In this document: positions 25,244 to 36,198 of the stretch, one piece after another
How positions within the stretch are numbered: position 1 is the first letter of the stretch
Layout of the letters: each line of letters starts with the position of its first letter
Assembly (NCBI GenBank): GCA_002633005.1
Contig: NMRA01000534.1
Span: forward strand, 121,577-185,576
Reading direction: 5' to 3'
Origin: Phoronis australis
Lineage: Eukaryota; Animalia; Phoronida
Length of the DNA stretch: 64,000 bases
Program-made: the position numbers and the translations under genes
The notes under the pieces: model-generated
The model's database searches: none
The model's input: only the letters and a program-made list of their open reading frames with translations
What the model was told of the DNA's origin: nothing

Positions 25244-25897
25244 CTGTAACAGAAGTTTTACTGAAGAGTAACGAAGTAGGCAGGACGGACCTGATTAGAG
25301 GATACCATCGCCAGGTGAATGGTGTTCATCAAGAAATAACAATTGAGTTCATGGTGATGGAACAAGTGTATTGAGCAATGAAAGACATGTTGTCGACATT
25401 AAAACAACTCACAAAACATTGTAACACAAACACTTATATCGTGTCACTGGCCTTTACACTCAGTTCTATAAGCTTCAGGCTTTTATCACTGATCCTCAAA
25501 TACAGTTTAATATTGAAAAATTTGCTTCAAGTTTCTGAAAACTATTATCGCTACACGCCAGTGGTGTGCAAAAGAATAACAAAACGTAACCAACACGGCT
25601 GTGAATTAGGGAAATCACCACAAACAAACAATTCACCACACAGCAAAAACAGCACACAGACAACCTTTGTAAAGGTGTCCTTAATAATGTTGTGAATAAA
25701 TGTACCCAGGCACTGCTTAAGGACACACTGTTGGGGCCAAAATACATGCGAGTCAGCGAACACACTAACAATCTTGTTTAAAGACTCCATATTCTGCAGC
25801 ACATGCAGCAGCTAATGGCAAGCTGCACCTCAACCCGTATAGCCATGCCAGGCTACGCAAGGTGTTCGCAAACCACTCACTGGCGTCGCCTACTTAC

Positions 25898-25963
25898 AGT
25901 GACAAACCCATAGCCCTGGGACCGGCCTGACTCAAAGTCTCTAATTAATCTGATATCGTCTAC
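25898..25963 (-). CDS. RBM39: RBM39 RRM2 alternative exon B (66 nt, putative mutually exclusive)
   Basis: cttttcaccAG|VDDIRLIRDFESGRSQGYGFVT|GTAAGT; phase 0-0; carries RNP1. Confidence 0.9.
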
Positions 25964-26019
25964 CTGGTGAAAAGAGACAGACAGTGGATGAAGAATGACG
26001 ACAACTCCAAACTACTTAC

Positions 26020-26085
26020 TGTTACAAAACCAAATCCCTTTGACCTCTGAGTGTCCGTGTCCATGACAAGGTTTATGTGATCAAT
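26020..26085 (-). CDS. RBM39: RBM39 RRM2 alternative exon A (66 nt, putative mutually exclusive)
   Basis: TACTAAT branch point (26109-26115), ctctttcAG|IDHINLVMDTDTQRSKGFGFVT|GTAAGT; phase 0-0; carries RNP1. Confidence 0.9.
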
Positions 26086-26456
26086 CTGAAAGAGTACAAT
26101 TGCTGGTAATTAGTACAGACCAATAGGATGATCACATGTAAAACAGCAGCAACAGTTTTACGAGCAACAAAATCAGACGGTAGAAATCAGCTACATCACA
26201 AGTTGTTGCTGTTGTTACACCACTGTCAAGGGAGGCAAGACATTTTGCAGTGTATGCTGCGCTGATGCAGAGCTGTGTTACCGACACAATGTATTAAGAC
26301 AAGGCAGTCACTGCTACAGAACTATCGATGAAAACGTACTGCAGACTGTGATCAGAGCACGACACAATAACAGTCCCTTCCCATACACAAAACTAATCCC
26401 TAGCCACATTTATTACTAGTGCCCCCATCTCATCACCAATCAGTAGGCTGCCCTAC

Positions 26457-26753
26457 CTTGCCAAAAGGTTCAAATATGCCCCTCAGCATGTCCTCCGTAA
26501 TGTTGAAGTGTAGCGAGCCCACGTAGAGCCTCATGGGCCCACTGACACCCTTGAAGCCCATCGCCGGCTGGCCAGTACCGCCCACTCTGTTCTTCTCGGC
26601 CATAGACTGCTGGACCACAATGGGCACACCCAGCAGCTTCTGGCCGCTCAAGCCGATGCCCAACGGTACGGATTCAACCTCGGCAAACTCCACATAGGCA
26701 ATACCCTTTGATTTCCTGTTCTTGTTATCCGTAATGATCCTCACATCTCGTAC
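26457..26753 (-). CDS. RBM39: RBM39 exon (C-terminal half of RRM1, start of RRM2)
   Basis: VRDVRIITDNKNRKSKGIAYVEF...GPMRLYVGSLHFNITEDMLRGIFEPFGK. Confidence 0.97.
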
Positions 26754-27014
26754 CTGAAAACACAGCAATGTTTCAAAAGGGAAAAGAACATAACTCACAA
26801 TACAGTGTAGATACTGATGACCAGAACTAAATTATATGACATGACAAAAATTATCATTTCAAGAAATTCACAGTAGTCTATTAGACGTGATATATTCAAA
26901 AACGCAATACTACTTTCAATCCAGTAGCTTAAAAATATCTCTTCGGTGTTTAAGCAAGCATACACTTCAACAGCACCCTCAGCCACAGCAGAGTATGTGT
27001 GTGAGTCAAGCTAC

Positions 27015-27162
27015 CTTTCCAACTGATGTAAAGAACTCCTGCAGGTCTCTAGGCCTGATATCAGCAGCTAGCTGCATACAGAATATGGTACGTGCGTCTC
27101 TCTCCTCAGGGGTCAACTCGGGCAGGGTCTCCGTCTTCTTAATAGACATATAACCATTGTTC
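27015..27162 (-). CDS. RBM39: RBM39 exon (start of RRM1)
   Basis: (M)NNGYMSIKKTETLPELTPEERDARTIFCMQLAADIRPRDLQEFFTSVGK; phases consistent. Confidence 0.95.
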
Positions 27163-27232
27163 CTAAAATACACGAACAAATGTTAATGACTTGTGAGTAA
27201 CAACAGCACTACTCTTTACGAGCTAAAAGGCT

Positions 27233-27345
27233 CATAGGGCTGGCTACTAACTCTGGTTTCTGTGGAGTAAGCGGGTGAGAGCATTCCTATTTTCCCCAAA
27301 TGGGATGTTAGTCTACAGCAGGATGCTTCCAGATACTGCTGGTGC
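27233..27345. repeat. Degenerate fragment of a SINE-like interspersed repeat
   Basis: gggctggctactaactctggtttctgtggagtaagcgg...gggatgttagtctacagcagg resembles a widespread invertebrate interspersed repeat (recognition only). Confidence 0.35.
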
Positions 27346-27788
27346 TCCTTCACCATAAGGTCGAATAAAACAACACATAAAGAACTCGACACAGGCGAAA
27401 ATGTTGGCTGGAAAATACGAGTGACAGTGTGATTTGCACTCGTATTTCCGAATAAGGGCTTATAAAAAAGTGGTGACCAAAAACGGTCGGAATCATGGTC
27501 AGCACTCGTTTGCGTGATCCAACTTTGAACTCGTATTTCTCATTTTCCACTCTTAGAAGAATAACACCGTAAGTCATTTGCTGCTTTTTCCACTCTTATT
27601 TTCGGCCGTTTACTCGCACAAAACCTGCTTTAACAGTCTGGTTTTCAAAATCAATAGAAGGCCAAAAGCAATTCATCACTATGCCTAAGCTTCGAGAAAT
27701 GCAATAGCACATCAGACTGTAAGATTGTACAAGCCAGCTACAGGAAAACCAACAAAGTCCTAAAATCTGTTCCCCCAAAGCCACTCAC

Positions 27789-28040
27789 ATCTCAGTGGAA
27801 CCATCCCTTTCATGCCTTCGACCTCGCCTTTCCCGCGATCTGGACCTTCGCCGCTCCCTCCTGTCCCGCGGTGGCGACGCTCTCCTACGCTCCCTACTCC
27901 TACTCCTGTGGCGCCTGTTTTCTCTCTTCCGATCACGACTGCGACTCCTTCGTTCACGTGGCTCACGACTGCGACGACGTTCCTTGCTTCGACTACGTTT
28001 CTTGTCTCGGTCACGCCGGTCCCGACTTCTGCTGCGTCGT
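27789..28040 (-). CDS. RBM39: RBM39 RS-domain exon
   Basis: RRRSRSRDRRDRDKKRSRSKERRRSRE...HERDGSTE(M); tttcAG/GTGAGT; phase 2-2. Confidence 0.95.
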
Positions 28041-28756
28041 CTGAAAGAAAACAATTCTTAATTATACTAATCAGGGCTTGGAATGACCAATGGCAAAAAG
28101 AGGAAAATTTCCAGGTAATGTACCATTCCACAAATAGGCACGTGTGATAGAAATATTTTTGTGTTGTAAAATTTATCTGAAATAAATGTTTTTGCATGAA
28201 TAAAGTCAAAATAACGATATAGTCAGAAAAAAGAGGAAACCAGAAATAAAAGGAGAGGAAATCGAAACCAACAAATAAGAAATCCTCTTAAGAGGAAAAT
28301 TACAAGCTCTGAGTCAATTCATAGCAAGTGAACATAAAGTGCAATATTTCAACCAGTATTTATTCTCAAGTAGTTTTCAATAGAAAAAAATGATTCACAC
28401 ATAACGGTCAATGCTAATATAGCCAACTTATTGCTCTTCGAGTTCATAAAAACTGCCTAACAATTGACATTGACCTTGAAATTTTCAAGTACACGGCACT
28501 AAACCAAATGACATTTTAAAACACTACTTGAAGCAACCCCCCTATCGCTAGGATTTTGAGTGACAGCTTAACTGACCAATCAGAACGCAGCATTCTTGAT
28601 ACACCTTCGTTTCCAAACTGCCATTTTACCAGACAAACAACAGTCGGATAAAACTTGTCGTTTGTTTGTGGATTTTTCGCAAGGGTGCGGAGCTTGTGAT
28701 AGGTCAATCCCCAAGGACAAGTTTCATCAAACAATGTATGCGCTACTGTTTCTTAC

Positions 28757-28800
28757 CGTTTTGAGTCCCTGTCATGATGGTCCTTGCTGCCCACTTCATC
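28757..28800 (-). CDS. RBM39: RBM39 coding exon 2 (44 nt)
   Basis: cAG|DEVGSKDHHDRDSK(R)|GTAAG; phase 0 to 2, joining the ATG exon to the RS exon. Confidence 0.85.
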
Positions 28801-29855
28801 CTGTGCCGAGAAAATGTCACATGATGAGAAAGACGGCGATCCAAGCAGAGGAGGGAAAGAAAATTGTACAGACAGCATTAATCTCAAGTCATAAAACGAC
28901 CTTAACACCAACACAACGCAGCACACAAACCCCACCCACTAATCTCCAGAACAACTTCACTTCTATACAAAAACCAGTCTCCAACCCAATACTATTCCCT
29001 ATGGTTAAATACCCGCTGCAGGTCATTGTGTGTTGTTCAAGACCCAGCTACCCTCATTCTAAGGAGAGGCACCATGTGTCCATGTACGTTGCCCATTGCA
29101 AAGCTGAGCACTCCACCACGACCGATTCAACACATTTAAACATTGCATTCACACAAACAAACACATACGCGCACACCAAGTAGCCCTTCAGATGCCAAAC
29201 ACTTCTCAAGACTACCCAGACACACCTAATAACCCGCCCTCCCTCAACCCAGCTGAAAAGAAGAAGTGTGGGTAACAGTAGCCTGTCGTCGTGTTCTAAC
29301 CATTGACTGGCCGACCTGGTCCTACGAGAGTTGGTCCTTGGCGGGTGAGCACCAGTGCTTGTAGCCATGGGGCATCCTGCAGTAGACCAAGGGCACAATT
29401 CAGTGTGGACGCTTGCAACGACGAGACAAGTCAGCTTAGGTTAGAAACAGTTACCGCACGCCCAAACAGTTACACAAAGCATGACCGATAAGAAAATGCC
29501 AATGCGTCAACATTGGATGAGCAGAGAACACATTATAACCAAAGTTCAAAGAAATGGAGACTGAAGTCCGACACACGAACGTCACTACCAATTCATCTTA
29601 TTATTAGACTATAAAGAACCAATTAAATCTTAAACTATTCAGTTTTTGCACCATGTATTTTATGTCAATTCCAATACTAAAATAACAACCCATGCACCTA
29701 AAACACAAACAGTAGGAAACTGTTCACTGCCACACGTTATGTTCAAAAAACTTTGTCAGCCCACAAACTGCTCATTATAATTTCCAAACGTCTCAACGCA
29801 CAAACCTGTGCCGAAGTAAAAATATAAAAAATCAAATACTACATGTTGGCAATAC

Positions 29856-29927
29856 CTTTGTTCATGTGAGTGTGAAGGAGTCACATTGAGATCGATGCCT
29901 TAGCTGTAACAATTCAATTTGAGGAAT
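29856..29927 (-). other. RBM39: Candidate RBM39 poison (PTC) cassette exon
   Basis: ttgttttttatcttAG acceptor and AAG|GTATTG donor; in frame it reads IPQIELLQLRHRSQCDSFTLT*. Confidence 0.5.
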
Positions 29928-30524
29928 CTAAGATAAAAAACAATGCGCCAGATATAGTAATCATTCAAAATAGAAACCAGCGTCTAGCTGGACAAAGCAC
30001 ACCCACTAAAAATGGTCAAAACAGCTATTGGAAGAACTTCTAAATATTGTACTAACTGAAATGTATACAGCAAGTTCACGAGTAAAAGCCATATTGTCCA
30101 TATGCATCTGGTATTCGTAGTATATACTGACATGCATGTGTTCTAATGACCGGTGTCATTTTTGATTTGGTTTAGCATTTCCTAAAAGAAGTAATTGACT
30201 TTCTAAATCACTTCAAGTCAACAGAAATTTTTACGCGACTGCATCATGTTCTTGGTGAAGCTTGCAAGAGATATTTTTGGCATGCTCAACTGTCTCGAAC
30301 TGATGGTATCTTTGATGCAAGCTGCAAATTTGATGTACTACAAATGCATGCTCAATATAACTTTAAAACGCAACGTGAACAAGCCAATTAAAATAGCTAT
30401 GAACCAGCCTTCAGTCAGAAAACAACTAATTTTTGTTTCAGAGCACTTGCCGTCACAAAAATTGTCTTCAATTGTTCCGTGAACTGGGAATGGAAAGATT
30501 CGACAGTATACTACTCGTAATCAT

Positions 30525-31543
30525 TAAGTAATAACGCTCAACTCAGCCAGCCATTTATGCTCTATGCATGACCTCAAGCAATAACAAACTGTCAGTTACT
30601 TCCAAATCCAGGACAGAGTTCCAGCAAAAATCTCACCAACAAAGCTGGCATGATCATTTGTAATACATGGCAATAGCTCGTGTCTTGTGTCTACAGAACG
30701 CACGACTGAATTCACTTATCTGAGTAAAGAACAGCTAAAGACCTGTTCTACAATGGAAAGGGATCTAACAAAACCTTAGTCTTTCTAGACTGAAGGCGGG
30801 ATGACAGCAAATTGAAGAATAAACTTCCATCAGCATTGTTACAAGAACATGACAAGAAAAGCTCTTTCACCTGCATGGTTCCACCAGTGATCACTTCACA
30901 TCCCAACAACACAATTCACAATGTTTAAGTTGATTCCCAAATCAGTGACTCATGCAACATGAATTTCAACGAGCTAGCTAATTGATATTTTTATAAAAAT
31001 ACATTACCTCCTTCTTGTAAGGAGCCTCTAGCATAGCCTCGACGTCAAAATCATCGGCCATTTTCCAAGGTTTAAACCTGAAACAAGCAAAATGAGATAA
31101 CAAAAATCCAACAGTCGTCATTTTTAACAAAACTCATTCACAACAAAATCGAGGGGTTAACTTCCAACATACTCTTTTTGTTCCAACATAATCTTGACAA
31201 GTAATCACTAAAAGTCAAACTTATCTATTCCATTCTAAAGCGGCAGTACAGAACTCCACATTCTTATAAGATCAGCCAGAGAAAAAACTGCTTCATATCA
31301 ACAAGTGTGTGACATTATTCAGCTGTCAGAGCAGCTTTTAATGATTAATAGTCATCTGCATATCAAAATTAAATAGGACTTCCCTTTCCTCTAGTCCTAA
31401 TAAACATACTTATTTGCAGATAAAACAAACATTAAAAAGACATAAATAAATTCTTGCATGGCGTACTTAACAACAACACTAAGTTACAAAGTGAAGCCAC
31501 AATTTATTCTTCTCATTTTTATGAAAGACATCAATCTGAAAGA
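30525..31543. repeat. Duplicated segment containing the RBM39 ATG exon, copy A (probable haplotype duplication)
   Basis: Matches 31917-32935 at offset 1392 with a few SNPs and ends exactly at N31544. Confidence 0.9.
31008..31061 (-). CDS. RBM39: RBM39 start-codon exon, duplicate copy
   Basis: MADDFDVEAMLEAPYKKE|GTAATG, identical to 32400-32453. Confidence 0.8.
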
Positions 31544-31916
31544 NATCAATTTTCATATATGTGTTAACACCAGTTTAGTGTTGCATAACTTTTCAATTCA
31601 ATAGGACTACAGACAAATAGTTGGCTCAAATCAAGTTGCCCATGACTTGATTAATGGCTTAGTGAACATATTGCACTCTGTTCACTGGCAATATGGGCTT
31701 TTTTGTATTGGGATAAGTTAGGATATTTTGAGTTTTGACGGCTGAAGTAACCAACCTGTCAACATTTAAAAGGTCAAAAAAATACCACCCAATTTTAATG
31801 CATCACTTCTTACAGGAACCACCACCCATAATTTGATTTTTTTTCCTCAGACCACCACCCATATATTTTTATTTCTACTGCCGTCCCCCCCCACACGGAT
31901 TTTACTGGAACAGCCC

Positions 31917-32935
31917 TAAGTAATAACGCTCAACTCAGCCAGCCATTTATGCTCTATGCATGACCTCAAGCAATAACAAACTGTCAGTTACTTCCAAATC
32001 CAGGACAGAGTTCCAGCAATAATCTCACCAACAAAGCTGGCATGATCACTTGTAATACATGGCATTATCTCGTGTCTTGTGTCTACAGAACGCACAGCTG
32101 AATTCACTTATCTGAGTAAAGAACAGCTAAAGACCTGTTCTACAATGGAAATGGATCTAACAAAACCTTAGTCTTTCTAGACTGAAGGCGGGATGACAGC
32201 AAATTGAAGAATAAACTTCCATCAGCAGTGTTACAAGAACATGACAAGAAAAGCTCTTTCACCTACATGGTTCCACCAGTGATCAGTTCACATCCCAACA
32301 ACACAATTCACAATGTTTAAGTTGATTCCCAAATCAGTGACTCATGCAACATGAATTTCAACGAGTTACCTAATTGATATTTTTATAAAAATACATTACC
32401 TCCTTCTTGTAAGGAGCCTCTAGCATAGCCTCGACGTCAAAATCATCGGCCATTTTCCAAGGTTTAAACCTGAAACAAGCAAAATGAGATAACAAATATC
32501 CAACAGTCGTCACTTTTAACAAAACTCTTTCACAACAAAATCGAGGGGTTAACTTCCAACATACTCTTTTTGTTCCAACATAATCTTGACAAGTAATCAC
32601 TAAAAGTCAAACTTATCTATTCCATTCTAAAGCGGCAGTACAGAACTCCACATTCTTATAAGATCAGCCAGAGAAAAAACTGCTTCATATCAACAAGTGT
32701 GTGACATTATTCAGCTGTCAGAGCAGCTTTTAATGATTAATAGTCATCTGCATATCAAAATTAAATAGGACTTCCCTTTCCTCTAGTCCTAATAAACATA
32801 CTTATTTGCAGATAAAACAAACATTAAAAAGACATAAATAAATTCTTGCATGGCGTACTTAACAACAACACTAAGTTACAAAGTGAAGCCACAATTTATT
32901 CTTCTCATTTTTATGAAAGACATCAATCTGAAAGA
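31917..32935. repeat. Duplicated segment, copy B
   Basis: See 30525-31543; preceded by a MITE terminus (aacagccc|TAA) that copy A lacks. Confidence 0.9.
32400..32453 (-). CDS. RBM39: RBM39 start-codon exon (full exon 32400-32469)
   Basis: tttcAG acceptor at 32470; MADDFDVEAMLEAPYKKE, the conserved RBM39 N-terminus; GTAATG donor. Confidence 0.92.
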
Positions 32936-33386
32936 AAACAAATGAGAAAATGTCAGATCAACAGCTGAAATTTCAACCACGATGCAAGCACCCACAAAGT
33001 GGTTGGCATATTTCAAAGTCATTAAGAAATTGACGATGGACGACATAGTGAAGAAAAAGATTATTTTGGTTCAACTTTGAACTTCGAATTTGTAGTCACA
33101 ATAGAAAAGCCTTATAGATAATACATGAAACTCAACTCTTCCAATTTTATTTCCAATAGAGCTGTCAGATTATTAGGAACTTTTAGATTTCAATCGAAGT
33201 CAAGTAATTAGGTTATGGGAAAAGACTGCGAAGGTTAGTTAAAGAATGTATACATCTTGGAGCAAAAGCTCTCAACTTCTCTCCATTACTAAAGTGATAA
33301 CAAAATTCAATGCATAAAATGTTTATTTAAGAAAACGTTAATAAGGACTGAATGTAACATAGCATTTTTGTGAGTGCCCTTTAAGA

Positions 33387-33770
33387 AATAGTCAGATAAG
33401 CGGGTCCCTGATTTAAAATTGATTTAAGAACCAGTTACTGCCACTGAATAACAGGAGTTATTCTGTGGGAGTAATGGGTGGGTTCTCAAATTAGGGACCT
33501 GTGTATCCAACTATTAACCTACAGTCCTTCGTTCAGCAGCCCAAATCGGCAACTGGTCATTTTTACACTGCACGTGCAGGTGATATCGTGTCTGTTTTTT
33601 GCTGCTCAAGTATGGAATGGTAGCGAAAAGTCAAGTAAACAGGTAATAGTCGGATACATAGGTCCCTGATTTGAGAACCAGCTACTCCCACTGAATAATG
33701 CCTGTTATTCAGTGGTGTGGCAACTGGTTCTCAAATCAGTTTTTAGTCAGGGACCCACTTATCCGATTAT
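33387..33770. mobile_element. Foldback MITE with ~130-nt inverted arms, each arm itself palindromic
   Basis: 33387-33516 is the imperfect reverse complement of 33644-33770; ggtccctga...agggacc pairs within each arm. Confidence 0.75.
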
Positions 33771-34422
33771 TAGCTGTTATGGTTTAAGCTGGTGAATGTC
33801 TAGTTGAAGTTTGCACTTGATGACCACTAAGTAGACTATAAGCATGAATTTTCGAGTTTTGGCTCAAAGTTATAGTGTTAATGGGAGGCCATCAAGCGCA
33901 GGTCAAGATTAAATAGTTGTCGTCCATGTAAACCATAGGCATAGCGTACTAAAGTACTAACTAATAGACAATTATTTCGAGTTTGCACGAGCATTCAGAA
34001 AATTTAAAAAATAATTTTAGTTTGACTTCGAGTACTAAGTCAGATAGACCCAGGGCCCTGTGCCAGACTGGGTTTCATTTCGTTGGCCAAGTTTCTTTTG
34101 ATCACGCAAATCATTGCGAGATGTTGTCTTAGCTTCAGTTAAACATACGACCATGCTAGCTTTTACGTGATTGTCTTTCATCTATGGACCACAGCCATGG
34201 CTTGCACTCCATTATTTCCATAGATGAAAGGCCGTTATAATAGTCGGACACGGTGAGGTGACAAGTCCCTGAAGGCCTGAATCTGATTTGAGAACGAACG
34301 CAGGTTGTCGACGTTTCGACACAAGCAACATAACAAGCAAGTGAAAACAGAGCAGAGGCGACAAGTTAAAAGTTGGCTTTTACATGACAATCAATTGTTA
34401 ATCGTACGAATTTTCGCCTCAC

Positions 34423-34500
34423 CTTTATCAAAAATTGTGTTAACTAATATTTTGTACAATCTTCGTCGCGCTTACGAATCAAAATGGCAGACCAATATTT
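34423..34500 (-). promoter_or_regulatory. RBM39: Probable RBM39 non-coding first exon / TSS region
   Basis: AAG|GTGAGG donor at 34422, YY1-type GCCATTTTG motif (~34480-34489) and local CpG enrichment; 5' end approximate. Confidence 0.55.
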
Positions 34501-35447
34501 GGGGATTCCTCTGGAAAATCAAATGACGGAAATGAATCACTCAAAGGCCAAAAGATGACGCTGCTGGCATTTGTGTGGAGAGCAAAGTTTCAGCCCTGAG
34601 CAGCATCCAACTGCTGCTTGGTGGTTTGGTAATCGACCCAATTATGTTGCTCACCCAGCAGAAATAACGAGGAACATATTATTGCAACATTAAGTACATA
34701 CGATTGGTTGTAAAAGTCACATTCCTTGACCGATTCTCAAAATTCAAAAACCACTTAATCACTTTTCACGAACTACTCCGCAACTGTTCCAATATACTAT
34801 TTTAAAAATCATTGTCACCCCTAATGTGTTTATGGGTTTAAGATTCTAAAAGTAAGACAATTTTTGTAAAGTAGTAGCAAATACAGCAAACAACCCTGTA
34901 TGTTCAGGAGACTCTAACAACTTGAAGTCGACCAGCGCTCCGGTGGACTCAGAATTGGGAGAGAAATCAAGTGGTCAAGTGGAAAAAGAAAGAAAATTAG
35001 CCAATCTGACGTCCGCCTAAGTTATTTTTGGTCATCATTTTTTACGAGTATAGATCGATAAATGCGGGTGCAGAATATGCTGCAGTCACTCGTATTTTCG
35101 CCTGTGTCGGGCGCTAGCTGCTAATAAATCGACAAAGTGGTTCCAGGTAAGTTTTCTTCGGCGAATTTTTGACACAAACGAGTTTTTAGTCAAAATTCGT
35201 ATGCAGCAATCAGATCTTTGCATGTTTTGGAAAAAAAGAGTCAGAAAGTATCACCCTACGGCAGCGAATGCATTGTAAAGAAAACGTTCTGGTGTGCTTA
35301 AAGTCAGCGACTACCTTTTCAAACCCAAAATTTACTCATTACAACCTCTCGTCAAGAGATATTTTCTTTGGTAAATTACATGGATAACATATAATCAATT
35401 TACTCATGAGTGCGTTCGTTTGCATGTGTCAGCTAGTCATGCATTAC

Positions 35448-36198
35448 TTACAGAGGCATGGAACGCGAAAGCTCATAAAAATACCCTTTAAACAATTCCT
35501 GGCGAAAGTACTATATCGCAACGTTTACAGAAAAAAATCACAAAATTCACGGTTTTTGAAATACGAACAAAGGAAAAATTCTGTAGTCACCACTGAGTTT
35601 CTAATCTCTCTCCCACTTAAATTTATACGCGCATGCGCTCGCAGTCGTTCGACAAACAACTGACTGACATGATGGATATCAACGGCAGTCAAGTGTGTTC
35701 GTACTCCGAATCTGAGGTCGACAGCACAATATGAGGGAAGACAGTGAAGCAAGCAAAATGATTCCAAGTCCGTTTTAGAATATATTTGAATACTACGACA
35801 GCTTTATAACTAACTTTAAACAGCTAGGACTTAATCAATTACCTCTTAATCAGATTGGCTGCTGGTTAAGTAGCCATTGCTTTGTTTACATCAAAGATCA
35901 AAGGTCACATTTTACCCCATACAAGGGAAATGTGCTACGTCTACGTTTTGACGTACGAAATAAGGAGACGTGCTTTGCCTTGTGGGAGGAAAATCGAAGC
36001 AGTGACGAGCAGTTGAGAGATAGTTTTTTTTTCAAGTTTGAGACTAAAGGGAAATTGCCTTGACATCCACAGGAGTTCAAAATCTTTGCAAACAAACCGT
36101 AAAAGTACCTGGTGAGCAGGTTGAATTCTGTTTCAGTGGCAGACAACCACTCTGCATAATGCAATGTTGTCTGTTTTTCGCGTTCCAGGCCTCTGTAA
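35448..36198. mobile_element. MITE with 23-nt TIRs (Kolobok-like termini)
   Basis: ttacagaggcatggaacgcgaaa ... tttcgcgttccaggcctctgtaa; homologous to 54797-55332. Confidence 0.8.

Noticed and set aside
26352-26436. Box C (GTGATGA) and box D (CTGA) pair in an RBM39 intron as a C/D snoRNA
   Set aside because: Weak terminal stem, no recognisable rRNA/snRNA antisense element, and only ~20 nt from the donor.
27760-29183. Alternative-frame and antisense ORFs over the RS exon and intron (including 28596-29183, 195 aa)
   Set aside because: Shadows of the repetitive RS exon or intronic sequence with no recognisable domain.
34920-35152. Plus-strand donor CAG|GTAAGT as the first exon of a gene divergent from RBM39 (PHF20 position in human)
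   Set aside because: No downstream coding exons were found, and a single donor motif is insufficient.
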